Shown piece after piece: positions 45,901 through 54,973 of a stretch of DNA of 64,000 nucleotides. The stretch's first letter is position 1, and the number at the start of each line of letters is the position of its first letter. The position numbers and the translations under genes are program-made. A model generated the notes under the pieces. It saw only the letters and a program-made list of their open reading frames with translations, had not been told where the DNA came from and did no database searches. Origin of the DNA: an uncultured Gammaproteobacteria bacterium (GTDB lineage: Bacteria; Pseudomonadota; Gammaproteobacteria; CAWCPV01); NCBI GenBank assembly GCA_963797555.1, contig CAWCPV010000007.1, positions 416,001 through 480,000 on the forward strand, written 5' to 3'.

Positions 45901-48435
45901 CAACAGCAGTTGATCGACACGAACGCGTCGCTTGCCGCCGTAAAGGCCGTCGTCAGCCGCCTGGAGGAGTTGGGATTCCTGCTGCAGACATGGCACGAGA
46001 GTGCGGTCGACCCCCAATGGTTCAACGGCCGGATCGACCTGCTTGTCGACCCCGACCAACTGGCGGACGAGACCTTGGCCGCGGCGGAGCATACGGAAGC
46101 CCTCGCGCGGGTCATCGATGAAAGGCTCAGCACCGGGATTCTGCGGGAGGCCATCTACCGAAATCCGCACAGCGCGATGTTCACGGAGCTGAGGCAGCTC
46201 GGGGAGAAGCTGGCAGCCGCGTGGCAGGCGCATGTGGAACAGCGCGCCCGGTTCGCCGAGCTCACCGAGTTGGACCTGGACGCCTGGCAGCGACGGTCGA
46301 ACGGGACGCTCGATGGACTCGAATCCCGCAATCAGGCGGCTCTGGACAGCCCGGATTGGCTGTCGAATTGGCTCGACTACGTGCGGGTTCGCCACCATGC
46401 GGAATCCATCGGCTTCGGTCGCCTGGCGGTGGCAGTGGAGCGTGGCACCGTCCGGCCGGACGACATCGACGCTGGCTACAAATTGGCGGTGCACGATCTC
46501 CTCGCCAGGGAGATTCTGAAGGAGATCCCCGGTCTTGCCCGCTTCTCCGGAAATGCACAGATCGCATTGCGGAAGCGATTCCGCGAGTACGACGAGAAGC
46601 TCAAGCACCTGCAGCGTCAGCGCATCGCCTGGCGGATCGCCCAGAACACGGTTCCCTCCGGCTCGGTCGGCGGGAAAGTCAGCGAGTACACGGAGCTCGC
46701 CCTGATCCGCCGCGAGTGCGCGAAAAAGAAACGGCACATCCCACTCCGGGAACTGGTGAGGCGTGCGGGAAACGCTCTGGCAGCCTTGAAACCGTGCTTC
46801 ATGATGGGACCGATGTCCGTCGCACAGTACCTCGCGCGTGGCCAGATCGAATTCGACCTCGTCGTCATGGACGAGGCTTCGCAGATGAAGCCGGAGGATG
46901 CGCTAGGGGCTATCGCCAGAGGCCGGCAGCTCGTGGTTGTCGGTGATCCGAACCAGCTCCCGCCCACAACCTTTTTCGACAAGGCGCGCGATGACGATGA
47001 GGAGGACTCCGCCGCAATCGCCGCGTCCGAGAGCATACTCGACAGCGCGATGCCGATGTTCGATAAGCGACGTTTGCGCTGGCACTACCGTTCGAAGCAT
47101 GAAAGCCTGATCGCCTTCTCCAATCACGCCTTTTACCACGATCTCGTTGTCTTTCCCGCTCCTTACAGCCTATCGGAAGAGTTCGGCGTGAAGTTCACGC
47201 GAGTGCCGCGCGGGCGCTTCGTCAACCGGCGAAACGTCGAGGAGGCCCGCGTGATCGCCATGGCGGTGCAGCGCCATCTCCTGAATCGTCCGGACGAGTC
47301 CCTAGGCGTAGCTGCCATGAGCGCGGAGCAGCGTGACCAGATCGACCGCGCCGTCGAAGAGCTGTCGAAGGACGATCCGCTATTCCGGGAGGCGCTGGAG
47401 CAAAACCTGCTGCTCGAAGAGCCGCTGTTCATCAAGAACCTCGAAAACGTGCAGGGCGACGAACGGGACGTCATCTTCATCTCCTGCACCTACGGTCCGG
47501 AGGAGATCGGCGGCAAGCCCGCCCAGCGCTTCGGGCCGATCAACAGCGACGTGGGTTGGCGGCGGCTCAATGTGCTGTTCACGCGGTCCAAGAAGCGGAT
47601 GCACGTTTTCAGCTCCATGGGTTCCGACGACATCGTGCTCTCGGAGCACTCGAAGCGGGGTGTGGAAACGCTCAAGAACTTCCTGTCGTTTGCCGAGACC
47701 GGCCATCTGCACCAGGCAATCTCCACCGGTAGAGCGCCCGACAGCGACTTCGAGGTGGCCGTGGCCTCCGCGCTCGGTCGGGCAGGGTTCGAGTGCGTGC
47801 CCCAGGTCGGTGTCGCCGGCTTCTTCATCGACGTTGCCGTGCGCGATCCCGGGAAGTCCGGTCGGTATCTGATGGGCATCGAATGCGATGGCGCGAGCTA
47901 CCATTCGGCCAAGTCAGTTCGCGATCGCGACCGGCTGCGGCAGACCGTGCTGAAGCGATTGGGCTGGCGCATTCGCCGCATCTGGTCCACGGACTGGTAC
48001 AGAAATCCGCAGGCCGAAATCGAGCCGATCATGCGCGAGCTGAACGCCCTGAAGACCGAGATCCCCGAGGAACAGCCTCAGGCGACCGAAACAGTCGAGG
48101 TGCGGGAAATCGTCGAAAAGGAAAAGCAGCTAGAGCTGTTCATGGATGCTGTTGTCCCGAAGGGTCTCGACGTGCGCGAGAAGCTCGTCCGCTTCGATCG
48201 CGAGGTAATCCGCAGCGAGGTTCCCGAGACACCAGAGAACCGTCGCTTGCTGCGGTCCGCCATGCTGGAGGCCCTGCTCGAGTTCATGCCGATCACGAAG
48301 AGCGAGTTCGTCGAGATGATCCCGCTTTACCTCCGCCAGGCGACAAGTAGTGAAGAGGGCAAGTACCTCGACCCAGTGCTCAGCATAATCGAACAGTCCG
48401 AAGTGGATGCTCAGAGCGTGGCCAAAACTTCTTGA
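42973..48435 (+). CDS. DUF4011-SF1 helicase-Vsr-like nuclease (Hhe-like anti-phage protein)
   Basis: RRRLLDLTARNRLLNF, ADSSQ...GPPGTGKSQTI, DEASQ, GDPNQLPPT, LRWHYRS, ENVQGDERD, RRLNVLFTR, and a nuclease tail DSDFE...IECDGASYH...RIWSTDW; intact 1820 aa. Confidence 0.9.
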   Translation: MNDAPQTNFATDSLENLRRRLLDLTARNRLLNFAHGRQGNVRLVDEPPDELHRMLLSEEELRFQAIPDPTREQLIEAGYIEMDPETGLDSRVRKDPTAAEWARWLGYDTSYELPVPSGDGGAQPKHQDRAIQTLMFPSEMEVRLRGLRNKAETAIEETGANVCHVAFGFLEWFESPDSDQPRHAPLLLVPVRIAKGRLNPANGTYNYTIAYTGEDILPNLSLKEKLRIDFGLALPHLDESTSPEDYFLQVAHLIEEPQPSWKVRRYATVALFNFSKLLMYLDLDPAKWPSEKLITDHPVASRFLTAESQEAGPSGFDDEYVIDDLPDVHERYPLAEDADSSQHSALVDAIEGKNLVIEGPPGTGKSQTITNLIAAALAQGKRVLFVAEKLAALEVVKRRLDHAGLGDFCLELHSHKTQKRKVLDDIATRLSNQDKYQCPAQIDADIARYEALKNELRGYAERINSKWKNTALTIHEILMAASRYREELGIDPATVHAEGYGGEMFTGEVQRESLDTVRIFADVYRQIAVQLDRGDDLQSHPWHGVGNRDLQLFDKERVCAALSRWQDALRRLGEIIAAAGSLFGAENVSALHDLDGIEILQKDLGEIPALHGDEVLAALPHLREENLAALTRHLQLFREIRECRQVLSERLRPEFLGDPEPHGQLRSAYTELEQLGVASGTDLATLARHFERIGRLKERIQELGKPMAEIAVHLGRPFTDLIKVNEAGLGEFRALVDLVSQLRPALLKLRDACFDDDGLDDLLAELKKRVEALNAAREELGQRFALDRLPPPESLAEMRTQLAKTGLFRWFDGKWRASRRALLQLSATPAARFKELAGRLEQLSEYARDKRALEEDARFSKTLGTHFAGTETPVAHLAELRNWCRTVRRRYGVGFGPTVALGDALLGMSTNVARGIQSLSQQGIVHRVDDVLRELGELKSALAGYPPIQRHDAPLLAADGPLSKLQDLLRRNLAVCQQQLIDTNASLAAVKAVVSRLEELGFLLQTWHESAVDPQWFNGRIDLLVDPDQLADETLAAAEHTEALARVIDERLSTGILREAIYRNPHSAMFTELRQLGEKLAAAWQAHVEQRARFAELTELDLDAWQRRSNGTLDGLESRNQAALDSPDWLSNWLDYVRVRHHAESIGFGRLAVAVERGTVRPDDIDAGYKLAVHDLLAREILKEIPGLARFSGNAQIALRKRFREYDEKLKHLQRQRIAWRIAQNTVPSGSVGGKVSEYTELALIRRECAKKKRHIPLRELVRRAGNALAALKPCFMMGPMSVAQYLARGQIEFDLVVMDEASQMKPEDALGAIARGRQLVVVGDPNQLPPTTFFDKARDDDEEDSAAIAASESILDSAMPMFDKRRLRWHYRSKHESLIAFSNHAFYHDLVVFPAPYSLSEEFGVKFTRVPRGRFVNRRNVEEARVIAMAVQRHLLNRPDESLGVAAMSAEQRDQIDRAVEELSKDDPLFREALEQNLLLEEPLFIKNLENVQGDERDVIFISCTYGPEEIGGKPAQRFGPINSDVGWRRLNVLFTRSKKRMHVFSSMGSDDIVLSEHSKRGVETLKNFLSFAETGHLHQAISTGRAPDSDFEVAVASALGRAGFECVPQVGVAGFFIDVAVRDPGKSGRYLMGIECDGASYHSAKSVRDRDRLRQTVLKRLGWRIRRIWSTDWYRNPQAEIEPIMRELNALKTEIPEEQPQATETVEVREIVEKEKQLELFMDAVVPKGLDVREKLVRFDREVIRSEVPETPENRRLLRSAMLEALLEFMPITKSEFVEMIPLYLRQATSSEEGKYLDPVLSIIEQSEVDAQSVAKTS

Positions 48436-48585
48436 CCACACAACGCATGAACTACCGGCCGTAACTCGTGACGGCCCGGCCGTCACTCGTAACACGGCTA
48501 CCGGATGCCAGACGGGGATAGGGTTTCGGTCCGGGACGGTGGCCCCTAGCTGGATCCGTACAGGTCAGGCGCGTCTTGCTCTCCC

Positions 48586-48680
48586 CGTTATGCACGGCAC
48601 ATGGACTACCTTCACTTCAACCCGGTCAAACATGGTCATGGGGCGGCCGTCGCGCACTGGTCGTATTCGACGTTTCATCC
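48586..48680 (+). pseudogene. REP-associated tyrosine transposase (RAYT) fragment
   Basis: [16 protein letters not shown], then after a frameshift HWSYSTFH. Confidence 0.75.
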
Positions 48681-48949
48681 TAAAAAACGCAGTTGCCCTT
48701 CGCAATTGAGCTGAAAGTCTTACGTGGCGCGGCTTCCAGCGCGAAACGCTATCTGCGGAGCAGTTGGAACAGTTCTTGATAAATCCGATACATACAGTCC
48801 AACTGCCGTTTTTAGGTTCATCGGTTGGTGAGACAGGGTGTTTTATCCACGCTCCTGGGGCGGCGAAGGCGCGGCCGACGTTGCCGCCGGCGAGCGGGGT
48901 TGAGGCCATGCGGCGGAACGCCCGCAAGGGGCTTCCGCCCCACGCGGGC

Positions 48950-48999
48950 TTGACCGCTCTGGGCAGCTTCTGCTATCAATTACTGGATGGGAATTACAG
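48950..48999 (+). promoter_or_regulatory. Putative sigma70 promoter followed by a LexA-box-like sequence
   Basis: TTGACC-18nt-TATCAA with a TG extension, then CTGGATGGGAATTACAG (CTG-N11-CAG, one base longer than the consensus, across a G run). Confidence 0.4.
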
Positions 49000-49109
49000 G
49001 ACGGCAAAGACTCGGGAGCCGTCCACGCGGCAGACATCCGGCCCGCGAGCCCGATGCGCAGCGGCCGAAACCGACGGCGGCCATCATACAATAGCTATTA
49101 GGAGGCAAT

Positions 49110-49349
49110 ATGAATCTTGTTGTGCTGGTCACTGATGCCCCAAAATCGAATACGGAAATAGACCGTCTTGACAAACTTGCCGCAATGCTTTCTCCGCTTC
49201 CAAATGGCGTTTTCCAAGCCGCTCGATATGTATGGCTAGTAGACGCGGAAGTTGCAATAGGGTTTGTCGTATCAGCAGCAAGAAGTGCAGCGCAGGCTGA
49301 CCTAGAGATTCGGGCTTATTCCGGTATTCTCAAACAGAACGCTCAGTAG
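49110..49349 (+). CDS. Small hypothetical protein, cassette-like
   Basis: AGGAGG RBS, lower GC than the flanks, attC-like site downstream. Confidence 0.55.
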   Translation: MNLVVLVTDAPKSNTEIDRLDKLAAMLSPLPNGVFQAARYVWLVDAEVAIGFVVSAARSAAQADLEIRAYSGILKQNAQ

Positions 49350-49446
49350 CAACCCATTCTTGGTTGTTCAGGATATTCTTTTGAAAACCATACCTCATAC
49401 CGTTATCTTCCATCCGGAGGTCCGGAGGGATACACCTGACCCCAAC

Positions 49447-49542
49447 GACCCAAGTTGCTTGCAGCCGAGGCCCGCTCGCACCGGCCTCTGTATCAACCTC
49501 AGCGCTCTGTGGGTGGGCGCGGCTTTGAGCTGGGCGTTCGCC
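49447..49542 (+). other. Degenerate attC site
   Basis: ...CAAGTT-GCTTGCAGC-CGAGGCCCGC...GTGGGCGCG-GCTTTGAGC-TGGGC-GTTCGCC. The R' box is complementary to the CGGCGA(A) that ends the next gene. Confidence 0.65.
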
Positions 49543-49553
49543 GAAAAAATGGC

Positions 49554-50354
49554 ATGAGCGATAGGATGCAGTCACTAGCCAAGCAATGCGAGACCCTTCT
49601 TGAGTCGGTGCTCGGACTCGCGCTCCACTTGCTTGAGACCCTCCGGTTCGACAGACGGAACCCGCAGCAACTTTACGCCGTATGCCTGTTCTCAAGACTA
49701 CTTGAACTCGCGTTTGGATGCAAAGCGATGTTGGAAAAGCAAGCTCTCATGGGTGTTCCCGTGCTGCTGCGCAGCATGTTTGAGGCCGACATCGACTTGA
49801 CGAATCTCATGAGGTACCAAGATTACTCGAAGCGGATGTACGCGTCGTTTCTGGAACAGAAACTTCGCCTCACGAAAGAGGCCGCGTCATCACGCCCCAA
49901 CCCATTCTTTGCGGATATTCGGAAACACCGTACGCCGAAGGAGGATTTGGCGCAGACGCAGCGCGAAGTGGACAAACTCAGGAGCGAGAAGACCGGCCCA
50001 ATTCAGATTCGATGTCGCGCGGAACTCGCTGGTAAGTTAGATGAGTATCTCTCCGTGTATAACACGCTCTGCCTTGACACCCACAACAACATCCGCTCGC
50101 TTGAGGACTGGCATCTCGATGAGACCAGCGCGGGTGAATACCGAGTTGTCGCGTTCAAGATGACTAAGGCGGACCTGCTCCATTACCTTAGCGCCATCCC
50201 GGCAATGCTGCTTGCGCAGAGCAAGGCACTGGCCGACTTCTTTGGGACGGAGGGTATCGAATTCGGTCGCTACTTCGACAAGCTGAAGGCGATGCAGGCT
50301 GACCTCAAGGTGCATGCGGAAGAGGCGGCGAATCGGACAGCCGGGGGTGTCTAG
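49554..50354 (+). CDS. DUF5677-like protein carried as an integron cassette
   Basis: LLRSMFEA ... EYLSVYNTLCLDTHNN pattern; bounded by GTTCGCCG (49536) and CGGCGA (50326-50331). Confidence 0.65.
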   Translation: MSDRMQSLAKQCETLLESVLGLALHLLETLRFDRRNPQQLYAVCLFSRLLELAFGCKAMLEKQALMGVPVLLRSMFEADIDLTNLMRYQDYSKRMYASFLEQKLRLTKEAASSRPNPFFADIRKHRTPKEDLAQTQREVDKLRSEKTGPIQIRCRAELAGKLDEYLSVYNTLCLDTHNNIRSLEDWHLDETSAGEYRVVAFKMTKADLLHYLSAIPAMLLAQSKALADFFGTEGIEFGRYFDKLKAMQADLKVHAEEAANRTAGGV

Positions 50355-50390
50355 CCCCCAGCCACCACCACGGCATGCGGGTCCGCACCG
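50332..50390 (-). ncRNA. Group II (class IIC) intron 3' remnant, domains V-VI
   Basis: Minus strand CGGTGCGGACCCGCATGCCGTGGTGGTGGCTGGGGGCTAGACACCCCCGGCTGTCCGAT: part of DV, the DVI hairpin and an AY terminus, antisense to the cassette gene. Confidence 0.75.
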
Positions 50391-50736
50391 CACCAGGGCG
50401 AGGCGAAGGCACGCGGCCTTTCAACACGCCGAATGGCTAGGATGCCTCCAGTCCATGGCGCCACCCTCTGCGCCTGACAGTAGTGGGGACTGGGAAGGGC
50501 CAACGTCGCTTGGGTTGGGGCGTCCTTAGACGGCCGGCGAGAGGCCCCTTGACCGCTCGGGGCGCTTCTGCTACACGTCGCTCCAGAGGACACCACGACA
50601 GGACTTGGGGAGCGGACCATGCGCCGGCAATGCAGCCTGCGAGCCCGACTCAGAGTGACCCGAACGCCGGAGCCCGAAGCTCCATCGCCGTAGGAAGGTG
50701 TACAACCGTGGCTTCACGTTGGCATTGGAGACCGCT

Positions 50737-50941
50737 ATGTTGGTATTGCGGAAAACCTGTAAGCGGAATGGCTACACAATGTCCCCATTGTGGCCATGGG
50801 CTCGCACCCAAGAAGCGCAAGATGAAACCTTGGCAGGTGATATTCACGGTCGTCTGCGTCGCTATTGTTCTAATCTACCCTCAAGCATTGATAGCGGCAC
50901 CATTTGCTCTCCTGATATGGGCAATAATTGAGTATGGGTGA
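50737..50941 (+). CDS. Small zinc-ribbon plus TM protein, apparent frameshift just after the start
   Basis: CWYCGKPVSGMATQCPHCG followed by hydrophobic helices; GGAG RBS and ATG 50737 lie in a different frame. Confidence 0.55.
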
Positions 50942-50980
50942 AGGTGAAAAGGCAGAAATATGTTCTTAAGCAGGAAAAGG

Positions 50981-52497
50981 GGCTCTTTCGGTAATTGTGT
51001 GGATCGTGGTGGTCGAGTAGCATCCGTTCTGAGCAATCGTCTATCACAACATCTTGTGGTTGGGCTTGTGGGGTTGTGGGCGAGAGGCCCGCGAGTGTGG
51101 GCAACCGGGAGGTTGTCCACACGGTCCTTGGGACGCGGGCCGCTCCGCAGGACTCGTCCACAAATCCACAGGCCATCAAGGGGGGAGCGCCATGGAGCCA
51201 ACGCATCTATTCACGACGGCACTGGGTCTCACGGCGCCTTGGGAAGTCACCGGCGTACGCTTTGACCCCGAGGCTGGGCGCATCGACCTCGAGGTGGCCT
51301 TTGCCAAGGGGAGCCGCTTCGCCTGCCCGGCGTGCGGAGTGCCAGGCCAGCCGGTGCATGATACCCGCAAGCGCAGCTGGCAGCACCTGAGCTTCTTCCA
51401 GTATCGAGCATACCTGCACGCGCATCTGCCGCGAGTGCGCTGTGAGAGCTGCGGCAAGACGACTCAGGTAGAGCCGCCGTGGGCGCGCGCACAGAGTGGC
51501 TTCACGGCGCTGATGGAGGCACTGGTGGTGACGCTGTGCCAGGCGATGCCGGTGGCGACCGTCGCCCGGCACCTGGGCGTGGGCGATGAGCGCCTGTGGG
51601 GGGTGCTCGAGCACTACGTGGAGGCGGCCCGCGCCCAGGAGGACCACTCCCCGGTGCGCGCCGTGGGCCTGGACGAGACCGCCGCCCGGCGTGGGCAGCA
51701 CTACATCAGCCTGTTCCATGACCTCACGGGCAAACGCCTGCTGTTCGCCTGCGAGGGCCGCGACCAGAGCACCGTGGCGGCCTTTGCCGCCGACCTCCAG
51801 GCGCACGGGGGCGACCCGCAGGCCATCGAGCAGGTGTGCATCGACCTGTCCGCCGCTTATCTCGCCGGGGTGACCAAGCATCTGCCTAAAGCCACGGTGA
51901 GCTTCGATGCCTTCCATGTCATCCAGCTCGCCAACCAGGCCGTCGATACAGTGCGCCGCGAGGAGGTCAAGACCGAGCCCGCCCTCAGGGGCACCCGCTG
52001 GACCTGGCTCAAAGACGCCCACGACTGGACCTGGGAGCAGCTCACCGACTTCCACTGGCTCTCTCCCGCGCCCGGCTCAAGACCGCCCGTGCCTGGCGCC
52101 TCAAGGAGGCGCTGCGCGATATCTACGCCACGGCCAGCACCCTCGAGCAGGCCGAGAGCGCCCTCGGGCGCTGGTATAGCTGGGCACGGCGTAGCCGCCT
52201 GCAGCCCATGAAACGCCTCGCCACTACCCTGAAAGAGCACTGGGACGGCGTGCTCGCCGCATTCCACTCCGGCCTCACCAACGGCCGCGCCGAGGGCATC
52301 AACTCCCTCATCCAGGCTGCCAAAGCCCGCGCCCGAGGCTACCGCACCACGCGCTCGCTCATCACCATCGCCTACCTCATCGCGGGCAACCTGGCCCACT
52401 TGCCGGCCTTGCCGTTCAACACACGATCTTGTGTCAGACCTCAGGCAGAGGCTGCCGCAGCGTAAGCATATCTACCCACACGATTCCGGTAAGAACC
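50981..52497 (+). mobile_element. ISL3-family insertion sequence (transposase 51192-52465, frameshift near 52065) with 8-bp target duplication
   Basis: CPACG...RSWQHL...PRVRC, VGLDE, VCIDLS, FDAFHVIQLAN, TNGRAEGINS. Inverted repeats GGCTCTTTCGGTAATTGTGTGG / rc GGTTCTTACCGGAATCGTGTGG; GGAAAAGG on both flanks. Confidence 0.95.
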
Positions 52498-52675
52498 GGA
52501 AAAGGGGACAGATTTATTTACGGGAAAAGCGGACGGATTCATTTTGCTGCCCCGTGTCGCGGGCGTCCTGGCGTGCCGTGCTCAATGCGCCAGCCGAGGA
52601 TCGCCTCGACTTCGTGAATGAGCCGGCCGTTGCCGGTCAACTGCCCGCGCTGCAGCGCTTCGCGTATCAGCCTCC

Positions 52676-52761
52676 GATAATAATAGGGGACGATTATAAT
52701 AATAAGAATAACAGGGGACGATAAGAATAATAACGAGAATAATAGGGGACGGACCCCTATT
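52676..52761. repeat. AT-rich iterated AAYAGGGGACG units ending in a hairpin
   Basis: Three AA(T/C)AGGGGACG copies; AATAGGGG-ACGGA-CCCCTATT at 52741-52761. Confidence 0.7.
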
Positions 52762-52769
52762 GTATTCAG

Positions 52770-53172
52770 CTAACGCAGGTCAGGCGCGCTGTCAATCTTT
52801 TGCCTGCGCCTGCTTGTTGAAATCTGACGTTCGTTGGATGTTGGCCGGAACTCATATCTATCGAGCTTCTCCTGTGCATGTCGCGCGAAGGTGGCACCTG
52901 GGTGTTCCCCTAAGCACAAATGCTCCAGAGCCCATGGTAACGAGTCCTTGGAAAGGCATACCACCAAGATTCATCCGCAAGTGCGCTTTGCCCTCATCGT
53001 CGTCACCGCGATGCTCGTCTTCATGCTTCCAGAATCGTTTAAACGACGACAACATCAACTTGCCTTTATTCAGGAATTGGTCAACGTATTGGCTTTCCAG
53101 ATACCGCACCGCTGTGGGCAGTTTTACCTGCCAATTCGCGATCTGAATAGGGATAGCAATTGCATTTTGCAT
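52770..53172 (-). pseudogene. Truncated low-GC hypothetical gene
   Basis: GGGAG RBS, MQNAIAIP...RYLESQYVDQFLNKGKLMLSSFKRF...RGDDDEG, then loses coherence. Confidence 0.5.
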
Positions 53173-53231
53173 AGTTTGAGACTCCCTGTGATCCGCTTCA
53201 TCCGTCGTGCGACAGCATGATGGATAACATG

Positions 53232-53830
53232 TGTTGAACTGCACCGCTGGATTCAGGCGACCGGCCTATGGGGATTGTATGCGGGCGGTCCGGTGGTCGG
53301 GCGGCTTGGGGTGTGGCTGGTCGGGTGGCTGTGTGGTACCTGGACCGCTCCCCGTGTCTTGGTCTGGCGGGATGTCCCCGCAGAACACTATGGCAAAGGT
53401 CCCTTGGACGGGTCAAGGGCTGGAGAAGACAAAAGGGGACTGTGGCCGGCTTGCGGGGGGAAGGGGTCGATGGGGCTTCGGCGGGTGATCGTCGTCATGA
53501 GAGCGGCGGGGGTCCGATGGCTTTCGGAGTACAAGGTGCAGCCCTGAGCGGCACCACGAGAATAATCCGCTGCAGGTGCCCTTCTGCGAAGCGGGGGCAG
53601 CGCTGGATATCGACCCCTGTCAGGCGCAGCATGGCCGCCTGCACCGGCTCCGGTTCTCGTGGCTTGGCTCTGGCCGGCCGAGCAGGGCCCGGCAAACGCC
53701 CCAGACGCTCGGCGCGGCACCGCTTGGCCAAGAGCCGAGTTGACGGATACGCATGAAGCCGGGTGGGAGCAAATGCAGCAGAAAGCGGCGGGCCTCCCAT
53801 GTGCCTCTCGGTGGTCTGGTCCGCCACCTT
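53232..53830 (-). pseudogene. IS91-family transposase 3' remnant and adjoining end
   Basis: RRFLLHLLPPGFMRIR, LLAKRCRAERL, LTGVDIQRCP, terminal GPP. Confidence 0.75.
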
Positions 53831-53997
53831 TTCGGCCGCCCTCTGGAGCGCCTTGACCTCTGGCGAAATCTGACGAGCGCGAGACTGGCTATCAAGCCGG
53901 GCGCACGGTTTGCCGGCCCGGCCGGATGCACCCGCCCGTGGACACGGGCCGACGCACCTAATCGTGGGCCGCTGCAGCTAGTGAGCGTAGCCCGAAA

Positions 53998-54132
53998 GTA
54001 GCCTCGATGAAGCGGAGCGAAATCGAGGGGGCCGGAGTACAGTCAAATCGAGGGGAGTGGCATTGGGGTTGGGGAGCGGGGTGGTCTCGTGGCCCTCGAT
54101 CCCCGGATTCCACTTCGTTTCATCCGGGCTAC
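53998..54132. repeat. Inverted pair of GTAG-type REP sequences (REPIN-like)
   Basis: GTAGCCTCGATGAAGCGGAGCGAAATCGAGGGG (53998-54030) and rc GTAGCCCGGATGAAACGAAGTGGAATCCGGGG (54101-54132). Confidence 0.8.
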
Positions 54133-54459
54133 GAGGTCTGGCGACGGCGGATTGAGGGCGCAAAGAGATAGGGCGCATCGGGAGTCGCCTCCAGGCTGCC
54201 TGGCCCGTTGCACTGTCTCGATGCAGCCACCGGTTGACCCGGCCGCGGCCGGCTGCCCCGAATCGATGGTCGCCTTCCCGTGCAACAGAAGGATCGCGAG
54301 GGTCGCGGCCGTGGGCAATCGGGGCTCCAAGGTAAAGCACTCACCTCGCAAATTCTAGCCTGCGGCAACGGGTTCGGGTCCGCTCGGGACCGAACGGTGG
54401 ATTGATGGTCGCGGGCAAACGAAGGAGCCTCGCACCACGGGCTACGAAGCCTTTACGCG

Positions 54460-54875
54460 GCGACCCCATCTCGTCGAGACGCCCGAGGCCGATCTCGCCC
54501 AGGGGATGCGCCAGCTCAACGGCGTCTACACGCACGCCTTCAACCGAGCCCACTCGCGGGTCCGACCCCGGGTCCGACCCCCGTTCCGTGGGCACCGCCA
54601 AGCCATCCTCGTCGAGCGAGACCGCTACCTCTGGAACGGGCGCGCTACTTCTTCCTCAATCCGCTTCGGGCGGGGAGGGTCCAACTGGCGTGGAGGATTC
54701 TGAAGCCGGCCGAGCACGCGGTTCGAGGCGCGCTACCAACGTGACGAGGCCTTGGGGCGTGCGACCTCGCCGGCCGGCCACCCTGGGCAGCCATCGCCTG
54801 CCACCTGGGGTACACGGGCGATACGGGCGTTTGAGGCTGAAAGAGGTCAGTGAGGTTGCAAGGCTAGACCTAAGC
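54460..54875 (+). pseudogene. Second RAYT/Y1 transposase remnant
   Basis: GMRQLNGVYTHAFNRAH...FRG..AILVERDRYL...LNPLRAG, interrupted by tandem GGGTCCGACCCC. Confidence 0.75.
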
Positions 54876-54973
54876 CGAGACTTCGGAGTTCAGAATTTGA
54901 AAATCCCGGCTTCATCGATGCCATTCGGCCAGTGAGGACGAACTCGGATCGATCTTATTGTGGGCCGCCGCCG

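Noticed and set aside
48436-48930. Possible integron integrase upstream of the cassettes
   Set aside because: No tyrosine-recombinase motifs found; the RRFIL look-alike is an alternative frame of the RAYT fragment.
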